Program-made: the position numbers and the translations under genes
Part shown: positions 39,601 through 51,600 of the stretch, piece by piece
How the letters are laid out: each line of letters opens with the position of its first letter
Numbering within the stretch: position 1 is the first letter of the stretch
Source of the DNA: Amoebophrya sp. A120
Taxonomy: Eukaryota; Protista; Dinoflagellata
Assembly (NCBI GenBank): GCA_905178155.1
Contig: CAJINV010000004.1
Coordinates: 28,432-92,431, forward strand
Direction: 5' to 3'
Length of the DNA: 64,000 bases
Notes under the pieces: generated by a model
Seen by the model: the letters and a program-made list of their open reading frames with translations, nothing else
Told to the model about the DNA's origin: nothing
Database searches by the model: none

Positions 39601-42600
39601 AACCGCATGAGATGAAATGCCCTCTCCGCGTAGCGCAAATATACAACTGGTTTCCTCTTGCTGGTCATGCATGCGTCCGTAGCCATTTTGGCTCAAGACT
39701 TCTTGTCTTGTGGCCCTTTTCCCACTTTAGAGACGGGGCCGCACCCCCGTGAGATCAATTCGTCCGGACTCACCGTGGAGATCAACCCCCGTGAGATCCA
39801 AGATCCGTAGAGGCACTCTGTAACAGGCATCAGGTGCGGCTGGTGAACCTTTTGACTCACACGTAGATTGTAGATTGTTTCTCTAAAAGAAAAATCAAAG
39901 CAAAAAAAATGAGCACACACTTGCCCTCCATCCGAAGCGCGCACGTGCGCAATGAAGCTTCGATGGTCCCAGCGGGCATAACGCCCGGTCTTACTCGTTA
40001 CTCCCTTCATCTGCCCTCACCAGCCGTCCCCGATGGCGTTCGATTGTGGGGCCCTTGATCCCCACGTAGAAGCTCTTCGCGGGTTTCTTCTTGCCGGGTG
40101 GAAGACGGTGCGCGTCGGTTTTTTTTTGGCGGTCTGGGAGTTCCGTGTAGGTCTTTGTTCCTAGGGGCGCTTGTCGACGCCCTGCGGCGGAGCGGGCGAT
40201 CGGGAGGACTCGACGCTACTTGTGGACGCCATCTCCGAGCTGTCGATAGTAGAGGAGTTCTGCCGCACATCTCCGCGTCACGAGGATGCCGCGCCCACTA
40301 GCGGATCGCCCTGCTGCGCTGGAGATCAGGGACTTTTTATTTATTGTTTTTCGTTTGTCTCACACTCTCACACACTCGAATACTTATGAAAAGATCATAG
40401 TACCAGACCCATATTTCCTTTTTTTCTTCGTTTGAGTTTGTCGCCCCTCCTAATCCTTTGGTCTGTGTTGTGGCAGCGGATTGTCCTCTGACCCTTACGT
40501 AGCCTTATGGCAACCCCTTTCCATATGATTGAACTCAGGTTTTGTGTGGTAGCTGCGCTGGCAGCGCGTTTGTGCGGCTCTCTACTCCTGCGAGGTGCGA
40601 CGTTTTCAATGCGGCTGGGCTTTGCGGATCCAAACTGCGCGGAGGTGGTGGTGGCGATGGCGGGTTGATTACGGTGCGGGAATTCGGGTCGCCAGCCCCG
40701 GGTCTCACAGAGTACTGAACGGTGCTTACCAGCTGGATAGACGAGTGAGGGGTGATTACTCGTAGGGGAGTTGTTTATGGCTCGCGGTCGTCTTTCTGTC
40801 GTCCTGGCGTCGTTCGTGGGGGTGTGGCGCGGGGGTGGAGCGATCCTCGACGAGCGGTGCGGTTGCGGCTTTGTCGCGTCGAGCGGAGCGGAGCGTCGCT
40901 GTGTCTCCTCGGCATCGTCTCTTCGTGGCCTGTCGTGCGTAGTCCTAGGTGGGGTCCCTATCCCGGCCATTGCAATAGGGCTTTTTGGTGGACTGCTGGA
41001 GACCCCAGTCCAGTCGCATCGCGACGTTATTTTTCAGCTGCAGGAGACCCCAGCTATCCCTTTGCTCTGCCCAAGTCCCTCGTCTTTGTCTGTTCGTCGT
41101 GTTTTGCCTGGTTTACCGCTGGAAACGATGCCGTGCTTTTGGAATTCCGGTTTCGACCAGGACATGCAGCCACTCTAACGGTTTCACTCGGGTCCGACCC
41201 CCGTTAGAGCTTGACCCCATCCCCCCGAGGTCCTACCTGAGGTAGTGGTCGTAAAGGGGGTATAGTGGTTGAGGGGTAAATAAGGTCATGCAATACAATT
41301 TTTAGTTTAGAAGCTCCCAGACCCGGACATATTATTTGCAATCCATACGAGAGCGACAATAAGTTCCCCGAAATTTACCTGGTCCCACAGCTTCGGGAGG
41401 TGCCAAACAACGTGGACAACCACGGGACGGCGGTTGCTTTGTATTAAAAGGAAAAATTATCCCCCCTCCCCATATCGAAACAAAGTTTCTGATGCTGGAT
41501 TTCCGTACATAAATCAGATTTGTCTTGCTGGAGAGGACTGCAGGCATATGCCAAGCCTCAGTCGAGAGCAGGGTTTGACGTAGGCGCCTAGCATGGCGAA
41601 TGTGTATTCTCTAAGCCCAACAGCATCACAGACCACCTGGAAAGTGCGGGGCGCTCTCTGGACTTGCCTTCTTGCAAGACAGACAGGATTTGAGGTCACA
41701 AATGCGCGTCACAAATTTTCAGACGGTGGATATGTTTTCAATATGGGTAGGGGGGATTTTTCCTTACGATACTTTGTGGGAGAAGTTCAAGGAAGAGGTT
41801 ATGAAAGCCTCAGGTTGGAAATCCTCAAAGTGGAAATAATTTGTTATGCAAAAAAACGACTCCAGTTGAAGCGGCATTTGTAGTCGGCGCATGTCAAATT
41901 TCCCGGGCACTTAAAGCACGTCTGTCATGCAGGTTAACGCAAGGGGGTGCCCTTCTGTCGTGCTACGCAGCGCTCCAATTCTTCACCCCTAGCAGGACAA
42001 TAGTCGGCCTCCATTGCGTTCTCTGCAATACAGTCTTTTTTGCGTCGCATTTCATGCATCACAAATCATTTCCACTTTGAGCATTTCCAACCTGAGGCTT
42101 GCATAGAGGTGATCCGCGTGCAGCTGCTGAACCCGCTACTGAATGAGGCCAACGGCGGGACGGCGGACCGCCGGATTTCGGAGTGGTTCGACAAGGTGCA
42201 ATTATTGAAGCGTCAGGTTTGAAATCGTCAAAGTTGAAATAGTTTGTCACGCATGAAACGGATACCAGTTAGACCTACAGTCTGTAGTCGGCGCATGACA
42301 AATTTTCCCGGTCCTGGAAGCGGGTCTGTCATGCGGTTTAGGGCAAAAGGGCTGCCTTCTGTCATGCTAGTCAGCAGTCCAACTTTTACCAGGACTATAA
42401 TCTGCTTCCCATGCGTCCTCTGCAATAGAGTCACTTCTTGTATCGCATTTTATGCATGACAAACAAGGTCCGAGCACGGGGACAGAGTCCCCGTGCGGCG
42501 ACCTTCCGGCATTTGTCTGGGACGAGTTCGGGGGTTGTCGTGGTGGCGCACAGGGCGGGCAGGCCCCTGCAGCTCGGTGCCTCTGTGTGTCCTGCGCTCC

Positions 42601-45600
42601 CTGATCCGCGACAGACCTACGGACGGAGCCCCTCTGCTTGCCCACACTAGATCCGCTGGCCCACCGCGAACAGTGAAACAAAGAGAAAAGAAAGGAAGAA
42701 GCTGGCGCCGGGCCGGGTGCCGATAGCGCCGGCGCCGCGTCTGTAGCTGGCCCCTAGGTCATGACGCGGGGACCGAGTCCCCGCGCTGACCTAGGGCTTC
42801 TGCCCCTGGGCCGTGCGGTTAGTTTCCGGGAAGCGCCCGCAGCAGCTGGCCCCTAGGTCATGACGCGGGGACCGAGTCCCCGCGCTGACCTAGGGCTTTT
42901 GCCCCTGGGCCGTGCGATTTATTAGCTTCCGGGAAACGCCCAAAGCTGGCCCCTAGGTCATGACGCGGGGACCGAGTCCCCGCGCTGACCTAGGGCTTCT
43001 GCCCCTGGGCCATGCGGTTAGTTTCCGGGAAGCGCCAAAAGCTGGCCCCTAGGTCATGACGCGGGGACCGAGTCCCCGCGCTGCCCTAGGGCTTTTGCCC
43101 GTGGGCCGTGTGGTTAGTTTCCGGGAAAGAAGCGCCCGCAGCAGCTGGCCCCTAGGTCATGACGCGGGGACCGAGTCCCCGCGCTGACCTAGGGCTTTTG
43201 CCCCTGGGCCGTGCGGTTAGATAGTTTCCGGGAAACAAACGCCCAAAGCTGGCCCCTAGGTCATGACGCGGGGACCGAGTCCCCGCGCTGACCTGTGCTC
43301 TCGCCCCTGGGCCGTGCGGTTAGTTTCCGGGAAACGCCCGAAGCTGGCCCCTAGGTCATGACGCGGGGACCGAGTCCCCGCGCTGACCTAGGGCTTTTGC
43401 CCCTGGGCCGTGCGAGAAGCCCGCTCACTCCGGACACTTGAGCCCGCTCTGGATATTTATTCGATTCGGATCCAGGTATGTTTTCTGCTCTGGATACTCA
43501 GGCTCTCTGCCCCCTGCTCTGAATGTGGTAGCCGAGGGCGCGCCGGGGGTTTGTCTGGGGTGTGTCGGGGGTGTGAGACGGGGGTCCCTGGGGTGTGACG
43601 GGGGGGTGTGTCGGGGGTGTGTCTGGGGTGTGTCCGGGGTGTGTTCGGGGTGTGTGTTGCAAATTGCAAATCACGACGCTACGCAGCCACATTGCATACC
43701 CCAGAACACACCCCAAAGCTTCAGCAGTTCTTGTCGGGGGGGGTGTGTCGGGGGTCTGTCTGGGGTGTGTTCGGGGTGTGGCCTGCAAATTACAAATCAC
43801 GATGCTACGGACCCACTTTGCATACCCCAGAACACACCCAAAAGCTTCAAAAGTTCTGGTTTGCTGCAGTTTAAATAGTAATTGTTTCAACTTTGACGAT
43901 TTCAATCCTGACACTCCCATAGCAATTCGGTAGAGATTATTGGGACCGGACGCGGGGCCGCGCACCCTCCTCCTACTACAAAGGGGACATCGGTAGCAGG
44001 AGGACCTCCTTCGAGCATTGGTACCGGGCCCTGGTCTATCAAATGCAAATATGTCTGGGTCTGGAAGGATGCGAACTTGTCATGCGTGTTGCGGAGCATA
44101 CAAAAACCTGTATTGCATGGCTTGCAATATCAATAAAAGCCGTCCCCATAATTTCTGGCCAGGCTGAGAGGGCATTTCTCATGCAGCAGCATAGGCGTCA
44201 CCAGGGGGCTGCAGAACCTGTGCAGATTCTATGCCCTGCATTCCAGCCTTGGTGGAGCTTGGAAAAACTGCATGACAAATCTCGGTGGAATCTTCCAGAC
44301 CCAGACATATTTGCGATCCATATGGTCGAGCTTGGGTTCGACGCGTCGGCGACCCAGGTCGTGCCCGTATCCTGTGCAAAAGTATCGTATTCGTATAAAT
44401 GCAAGTCTTGCATTACAAATCTTTCTTTTAAGGTAAAGCCGCATTACAAATTTTATCTCTCATGCTGAGGCCTGAGGAAGTTTGTGATGCATTTATACGA
44501 GTACGATACTCTTGCAGTTCATAGCCCGACCTAACGGGCAAAGTCGTGGTGTTGGTTACCGGTGTGGAGCTACTCGATCAGTACTTCTACTTGTACAAGG
44601 AGGATAGGACTACTCTCATTAACCCACAAGCGCTGAAGGATCCAGAGCAAAAAGTCACCACGATGTTTGAGGTTGAAGATATTGCTACCTGCCTGGCGGG
44701 GAAAATAAAGTCCAGCGCAACTGTCTCCGCAACGACCTCGTCCAGCACCGGAGCGCAGGCAGGCGGTACTAGCAGTACCACGTCAAATGCGTGGCCTGCT
44801 CCTCCTGTCGCAGGATCAATAGACGAATGCGGGCGGAAGGCGAATGCGCTCTGGAGCCTCACAGCTGGCCGCTTGAACATTGACTGCGAACTGGAGGCGA
44901 ACTGGATATCGATAGGGGCGAAGGAAACCGGAGCTGCACGCGGGGAGCAAGGCAATGAAAACGTCGAAGTGATTTGGTCTGAAAACCAAGAAAACGTCGA
45001 AATGATCTGGTCTGAGTGCAGTACGACCTGCGGGCCCGGGGTGAGGTTTCGGAAGAAGTTTGTGCTTACCGTATCGTAAGGAAAAATCCCCCCTCCCCAT
45101 ATCGAAAAGGCACGCCCCAGAAAATTTGTCATGCTGATTTGTGGCCTCAAATGATCGTCTCTGTCTTGCAAGAACGCAACCGCGCAGGCTCTGCCGCACT
45201 CTGTTGGCGGTTTGTGATGCTGTTGGCCCTACAGACTACACTTTTGCCATGCTCAGCGCCTAGCTCAAAGCTTCCCAGTTCGGGCTTAGTATAAGCCTGC
45301 CGTCCTCTCCAGCAAGACAGATCTGATTTGTGTACGCAGATCCAGCATCAGAGACTTCGTTTTGATATGGGGAGGGGGGATTTTCCCTTTTGATATACCG
45401 AGCCCGTAGGTCGTGACGGCGCGCTGTGCGAGACGCTGCCCGAGGCTAAAGTGGGCGGGGAGGTGATAGCGGTGGAGTTTCCGCAGGAGCTTCACCCGGT
45501 GACCAAAAAGAAAACCCGGGTGCTAAAGCAGTACCATGGCTGCAACCTGATGTCGTGCAACGTCGATTGCGTCCTGGAGGAGAGCTGGCAGTTGGACGAC

Positions 45601-48600
45601 GCCGAATGTCCGTATCAAATGTAAAAATGTCTGGGTCTGGAAGAATGCTAGACTTGTCATGCATATTTTGCATGACCCATAATGCCTGTAATGCATGCCC
45701 TAGCATCCCGGATTTCTAGAGGGCTTACTCATGCCTATTTCGCATGAGAAATGCCCTCTCCGCGTAGCACAAACTGGAGTCCTCTTTCTGGTCATGCAAT
45801 ACAATTTTTTTTTGAATCCAGAGGCAGCATCAAAAGTTTAGAATCTTCCAGACCCAGACACTTTTGCATTTGATAGTCCGTGCATGAGCGCGAATCCGCA
45901 GAAAGACCAATGGAAGCTGATAAAAACTCCGCCGGCTGGCACGGGGAAACCCTGCAGCCAGCTCGCTGGGGTGGCGCGCGTCGATTTTGATGCAAATCCG
46001 CCACGAGCGTACGGGGCGCCTGTGGATTGCGTCTGCGACTGCCTGCTGGAGGACGGGGACTGGAAGGAAGGTGCCTGTGACTGCGCCACCCCCACCGCGC
46101 AGCAGCGCATGTGGAAGAGGGTGCGACACTTCGAAGCCCATGGGGGTAAGACGTGCGATATCACACAGAAAAAAGCTAGGCTGGTAATTAAGTATCTGTA
46201 ATGCGAAAATAAATTAATACTAATACACAAAAAAGTCTATATTTTTACGAATCCTAAACAGCACGCTATGGGACTGCCCATAACTGGTTTTTGCTGTGTA
46301 TTTGTTTTTGCATTACAGATTATATGCCCAAACTGCATTTTTCTCTGGGATATGCGACGAGGTTTACCACCCAACTGATGCCGATTACCCACGCTACCAC
46401 TACGTGGCAACATGGAACCAGGACGACCCCATGATAGCATACAGCCATAAAGTGCAGTGCTCCCCCGATGCCGTTTAACGTATGAAAAAACTGTCTCAGT
46501 CTCTTCAAAGAACCTCCTTTGCAGTTTGAGCAATCGAAATCTGCGAGGCAAGAAACAGAAAATCAGATCTGTGATTCGTTCTTCAGACAAAAGGGAGCGA
46601 ACATGTGAATAAACACGCCTTCCTTTTTACATCTCAAGCATGGCAAAAAACTGTCTCAACGAACAAGGAAGTTGCGCATTTTTACAAGTTGAGACTGAGA
46701 CACCACTTTTTTCACACGATACCGGCCAGGCCTGCGAAGATGTCGTGTTCGACGTTCCGTGCCACTGCCGGAGAGGGGATAAGGATATCAAGTGCAAATA
46801 TGTCTGGGTCTGGAAGGATTGGATGCTGCAGAGGCTTGCGATGCAGCTTTCGCATGACCCAGAAGGTCTTTCTTCATGCAAGCCCTAGCATGATCGCAGC
46901 AGTTTTATTTGAGAAGGCTCTTGATCAATGACAATGCCTGATCCGCACGACAAAGCCGTGCTTTTGGTGGCCAGAAATCTTCAATGGGTAGAAGGTCGCT
47001 CTGTAGTCCGTGCACGTCGGATCTGTTTTGTGTGGCTAACATCTGAAATTTTTATGCGCTTCAGAAGTTTCGTGCGCGTTTCCAGACCCAGACTGACAGA
47101 TTCGCAATGCACAGCTGACCTCACGCTGCAAACGGCGCCGCCGGCGCCGTCAGCAGCGTTTTCCGACGTCGTCAGCACCGTTAACGCGGACAATATCCTG
47201 AGTAAAAGCGTCCCCAACCAGAGTCAAGATGGGAACTCTGCTAGACAAATCGGCCAACTGCAACTTTGGGTGTTTCGCATGACAGTTTTGCCCTCGTAGT
47301 GCAATCCTGTTTAGCTAGTTCAGCAGCGTCACAGATCTAGCACGTCATGCGTATTTAGAGCATCACAAATGATCCCACAACGCGACTAGAAAATGGGGCC
47401 TCGCGCGAGAAAGTTTTTTGGCATGCAGATTTGCATGACAACTCATGGTGTCCGCCTGACCTTCCCAGCACCCTCCCTGCACCACAGCCATCTGTGGCTG
47501 TTTGCACAGGGGGAGGCAACGTGTGTCGCACTTCTGTTTAGCATGACAACTGCTCTGGGGTGGGGGTGGTTTTACTCAGAATAGACAACCAAATCGAGTT
47601 ATCCGAGTTCCAGAAGCCGCAATTCTATGGTGCTAATGACTTGACCAATACTCTTTTCATGTGCATCGACCGGGACGGGAGTGGGTTCCTGTCGGAAACT
47701 GAATACAACACGTGGCACAACAAGCCAAACAGCATCTGTCGAGTGGACTGCCAGCTAGCCTTCGCCTGGACTGACGACGGGTGCGCATGTATCCAAAAAA
47801 GCGTCCCCATACCACAGTTGTCCTGCAGAATTGCATCAACAGGGAGAAGATCTGTGTTTGTCATGCGGATTTAACATGAGACGCATTTTCAGTCGTGCCT
47901 CTGAATTTGTGATGCTGGAAACAGGATAAGCAGATGGAGTTGTGATGCGGTCGCCCTTGCTAACCTGCACTACAATACGGAGACAATAAACTTGTCATGC
48001 GTGACTCCCAAAAGAACCCCTGAGTTTGTGTTGCAGAGTTCCCAACTTGACTATGGGGTGGGGACGTCTTTGCACAGGATAGCCTGTGAGCACGACAAGA
48101 TGCGACAGCGCAAGAGCATTGTCAAGCAGGCCGCGCTATGTACTGCAAATATGTCTGGGTCTGGAAGAATGTAACTTGTGACGGTGCTGCATTTGGATAC
48201 TACAAAAATCTGTATTGCATGAACAGCAAAAGAACTCCATTTTTTGCCACGGCGAGAGGGCATTTGATTTCTCATGCGGTATGGGCATCAGGAAGCCCTC
48301 ACAAATACAAAATCTGTGATGCTACTAGGGCATCAACATGCATCACAGATGACGTTCCGAGTCATGTAAAATGTGCTGCGTGGCAGACCTTGCATCCTTC
48401 CAGACCCAGACATATTCGCACATGATACGCGCGCGAGGGCAAAAGTTGTCAGTCGGTGCTCGAGGAAGGTGGCGCCCAGGACCGTACTAACACCGCGGTC
48501 CTGATGCCTAACAGCGACCAACCACAGTACGTGATATCCTGTGCAAAAGTATCGTATTCGTATTGCAGTCATGCATTGCAAATCTTTATCTTTTTCTTAT

Positions 48601-51600
48601 AGTTAAATCAGCACTACAAATTTTATTTCTCGTCATGCTGAGCATTATATACGAATACGAGTGCGATGCTTTTGCATTTCATACATGATGAGGTTCGTCG
48701 AAAATGATCAATGCAGAGAGGATTGCACGTGCGAGCTTGGCACAGAGGTACAACACACCCCCTGTCCCTGTGAGAAAAGGAAAACGTGGAAGATGATTGC
48801 GCGGTTCGAGAATCCGAATCTTCCGGGCGCCACACGGTGCAACCAGATGCCTGGCATCGCCTACACAGATCCACGAAGCACCCCGATCGGCACAGCCAAG
48901 GCGTACCTCGGAGGGCCCCTATGCATTGCAAAAGTTGTTGTATCCGATCATACTAGTTGTAGTACGAACTGCAACATATACAAATTAGTTCAGCGTGAGA
49001 AATGGCATTCGTTATGCAAATGCTGGCTCACTTGTCTTAGTTGTAAAGAAGATTTGTCACACGTATCTACAATTAGTACGTGTACCATTATATTTTTGCA
49101 ATGCATATCCACTGCCTGACTGCAACTGCCCTGTGGACTGTGCTTGGAACGCTTGTATGCATGGCAAATATGTCTGGGTCTGGAAGATTGCAAGTTGTCA
49201 TGCTAAATCTGAATCATGCAAAAATCAGATTTTTAAAATCTGTGTTGGATGGTTAGCAAAAGCCGTCCGCTTTTGACCAAGTTTAAAGGGAATTAATATT
49301 TACATTGCTTGACTTCCGGGTTCTGGTACAGCATACCCCCGGCGACAGGTGACCTTGACAGGTGACCTCGACAGGTGGCCTTGACAGGTGACCTCGACAG
49401 GTGACCTTGACAGGTGACCGCGACGGGTGAACGCCCTGCCTTCCCCCGCTAGTGCTTCGCGCACTAAGCCACTATGCGCGCGCCTGGTGTGAGGCGAGGG
49501 GCGGACGCTGTCCGCCCCGATGCCGAACACCTTTCCCCCACTAGCGCCACGAGGGACGGGCACAAGGCCCCAGCGTGGGGACCCTGTCCCCACGCTCGAG
49601 TGGGCCTTGTTTCTCATGCAGGATAAGCATGGTAAAGATCTCACAGAAATAATTGGCATGCTGGGTCCTGGATGCCACCAGACCTCATCGGTCATGGAAA
49701 ACCTGCGTGAAACCTCTTGCAATCTTCCAGACCCAGACTACATGTTTGCATTTGATAGCTTGGTTGCCGTGGTCCTATCAAGAACGAACAAATGTGTAGT
49801 CTGGGTCTGGAAGAATGCCGATTGCATTTGTTTTTGTGATGCGGGTGCGGCCAAGCCTTGGAATGTTCATATTTTTGCGGGGGTCAGCATCACAGATCTT
49901 CCTGGCGAGGCTCTGGCTCTGCAAGAATCCCTGTCTTGCATGAGAAATCCACACTCTGTGACTACGTCACAGGAACTTGGAATTATGTTTCGCTACTTTG
50001 ACAAGACGGATTTTACTATTTCGACCGGTATACTTAGATGAAAGTTGCATTTTAATTTTTGATCCAGGTGTCCCAGGACCAGGAGTATACTAATTTGTAC
50101 TGCATAGGTCCGTTTGCACTGCATCCTGCGGCGCCGCGACACAGTCACGCACACGAACAAAAAGCGTCGTCGAACAGAATCAGGGGCGATGTCCAGGAAA
50201 TACCGAGGGCCGTTGGGTATCAAATGTAAAAGTGTCTGGGTCTGGAAGATTGCCAGGTTTGTCATGCACATTTTGCATGACTTTGACTCCTGATGTCTGT
50301 GATGCATGCCCTAGCATCACTGATTTTGTGAGGGCTTCCTGATGCCTATACCGCATGACAAATGCTCTTTCCGTGTAGCAAAACTTGGAGTCTCTTTGCT
50401 GATCGTGCAATACTTACAGACTTTTTTAGAATCCAAAACCAGCATGGCAAGTTGGATTCTTCCAGACCCAGACACTTTTACAGTTGATATTGGGATCCGA
50501 CGAACAACTGGCAGGTGTATGGGGTTCTCAAGCGTTTTACTCTCACTTGTTACGTGAATTGTCATGCAAAAACGCTATCACTCTTCGCATGATCAAGCCT
50601 TCTTCGCATATTTTTATTTTTTGGAGCGGGGCATATTATTTTTTCTTGCTTTGCTTAGAGTTCGGATGCGTCGTCCCGACTTCGGATGAGAAAAGGTCGT
50701 GTGGCGTACTATGTATGGGCTTAGAGCCAGCGCAGCTGAAGCCCTACTGCGCTGGACTTCCGGTTGGCCACGACTGGACTGTCCTTCATCTGGTAACCAA
50801 AGCGTGCGCAAGCGCTCGCAAAGCGCTCTTTGCGAGATGCTCATCCATCGCAAACGCAGCGCGAAGGCTTTGCCGTTGCCATATGGGAGGGACTCGGGAG
50901 TATGCAACCACTCGCAAAGTCGGGCATTTCCAAGTGTGTTCTGCCTTCAGAAAGCGGATCGGGCAGAATTTGTGGGAATTTTACCGAAAGCAGCCAAAAC
51001 AGCAATTACCAAGCGGGGAGAGGGTAAAAAAGACCAGTTTTGCAGCTCCGCCCGGTCTGAATCTGAAAAAAGATTGTGGCATTTTCGGCAAAAGCTGGTG
51101 GTGTGATGCGTTTTATAGCGGAAAATGCGTCACTTCCGGGCAGCTCCAGCCGCTTGCAAATTGAAAAAAGCGTTGAAAAAATGTAATTTTTCGCAGCATA
51201 CAAGCGGCCGACAAAATTTACCGATTTTCTGCAGTCCCCGGAAGCCGCTTGGAAATTGAAAATGACAATTTTTGCTGAAAAAGCAAAAGCCGCTTAGAAA
51301 TTACCGCTCCAAGACGGTTTTTCAAATTGTCACACGGCCCACACCGTCGAGATTGGACGAAAAAAAACAGCTTTTAAGCCTGCGGAGGTGTGTCACACGG
51401 GCACGGTTTTCGTCATCTCTGAGGGTCGCGAAATGAGATCTCCTCCCGCTTGAAAATGCCCGATCTGGGTGGCCCAAAAGGGCAGCAGGAAATGAAGAAA
51501 ATTGCATCACTTTTTGAAATTTGTGTATTTTACCTGGCCATCGTGCCCCCGTGCGTAACGTCATGTGGGGCGGTATAGTGGCCTCCAGAACATACTTTTT

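Larger units (their letters stand above)
39467..41347. mobile_element. Introner family A inflated by a nested 1.6-kb SL-capped element
   Basis: TIRs, DR cgaga. Confidence 0.9.
42203..43921. mobile_element. Introner family C inflated by a nested 1.4-kb hairpin element
   Basis: TIRs, DR gcaat. Confidence 0.9.

Noticed and set aside
39676-39760. SL RNA gene
   Set aside because: There is no GT donor or SL intron after the 22-mer, and it is flanked by a TSD, so it is a retroposed relic.
7357-41283. Autonomous transposase or RT for the introners or nested elements
   Set aside because: No DDE, HUH or RT motif was recognisable in any insert. The only RT in the window belongs to the copia element, whose mechanism does not explain variable TSDs.
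42745-43414. CRISPR array
   Set aside because: Whole units are repeated with no unique spacers, there are no cas genes, and the context is eukaryotic.
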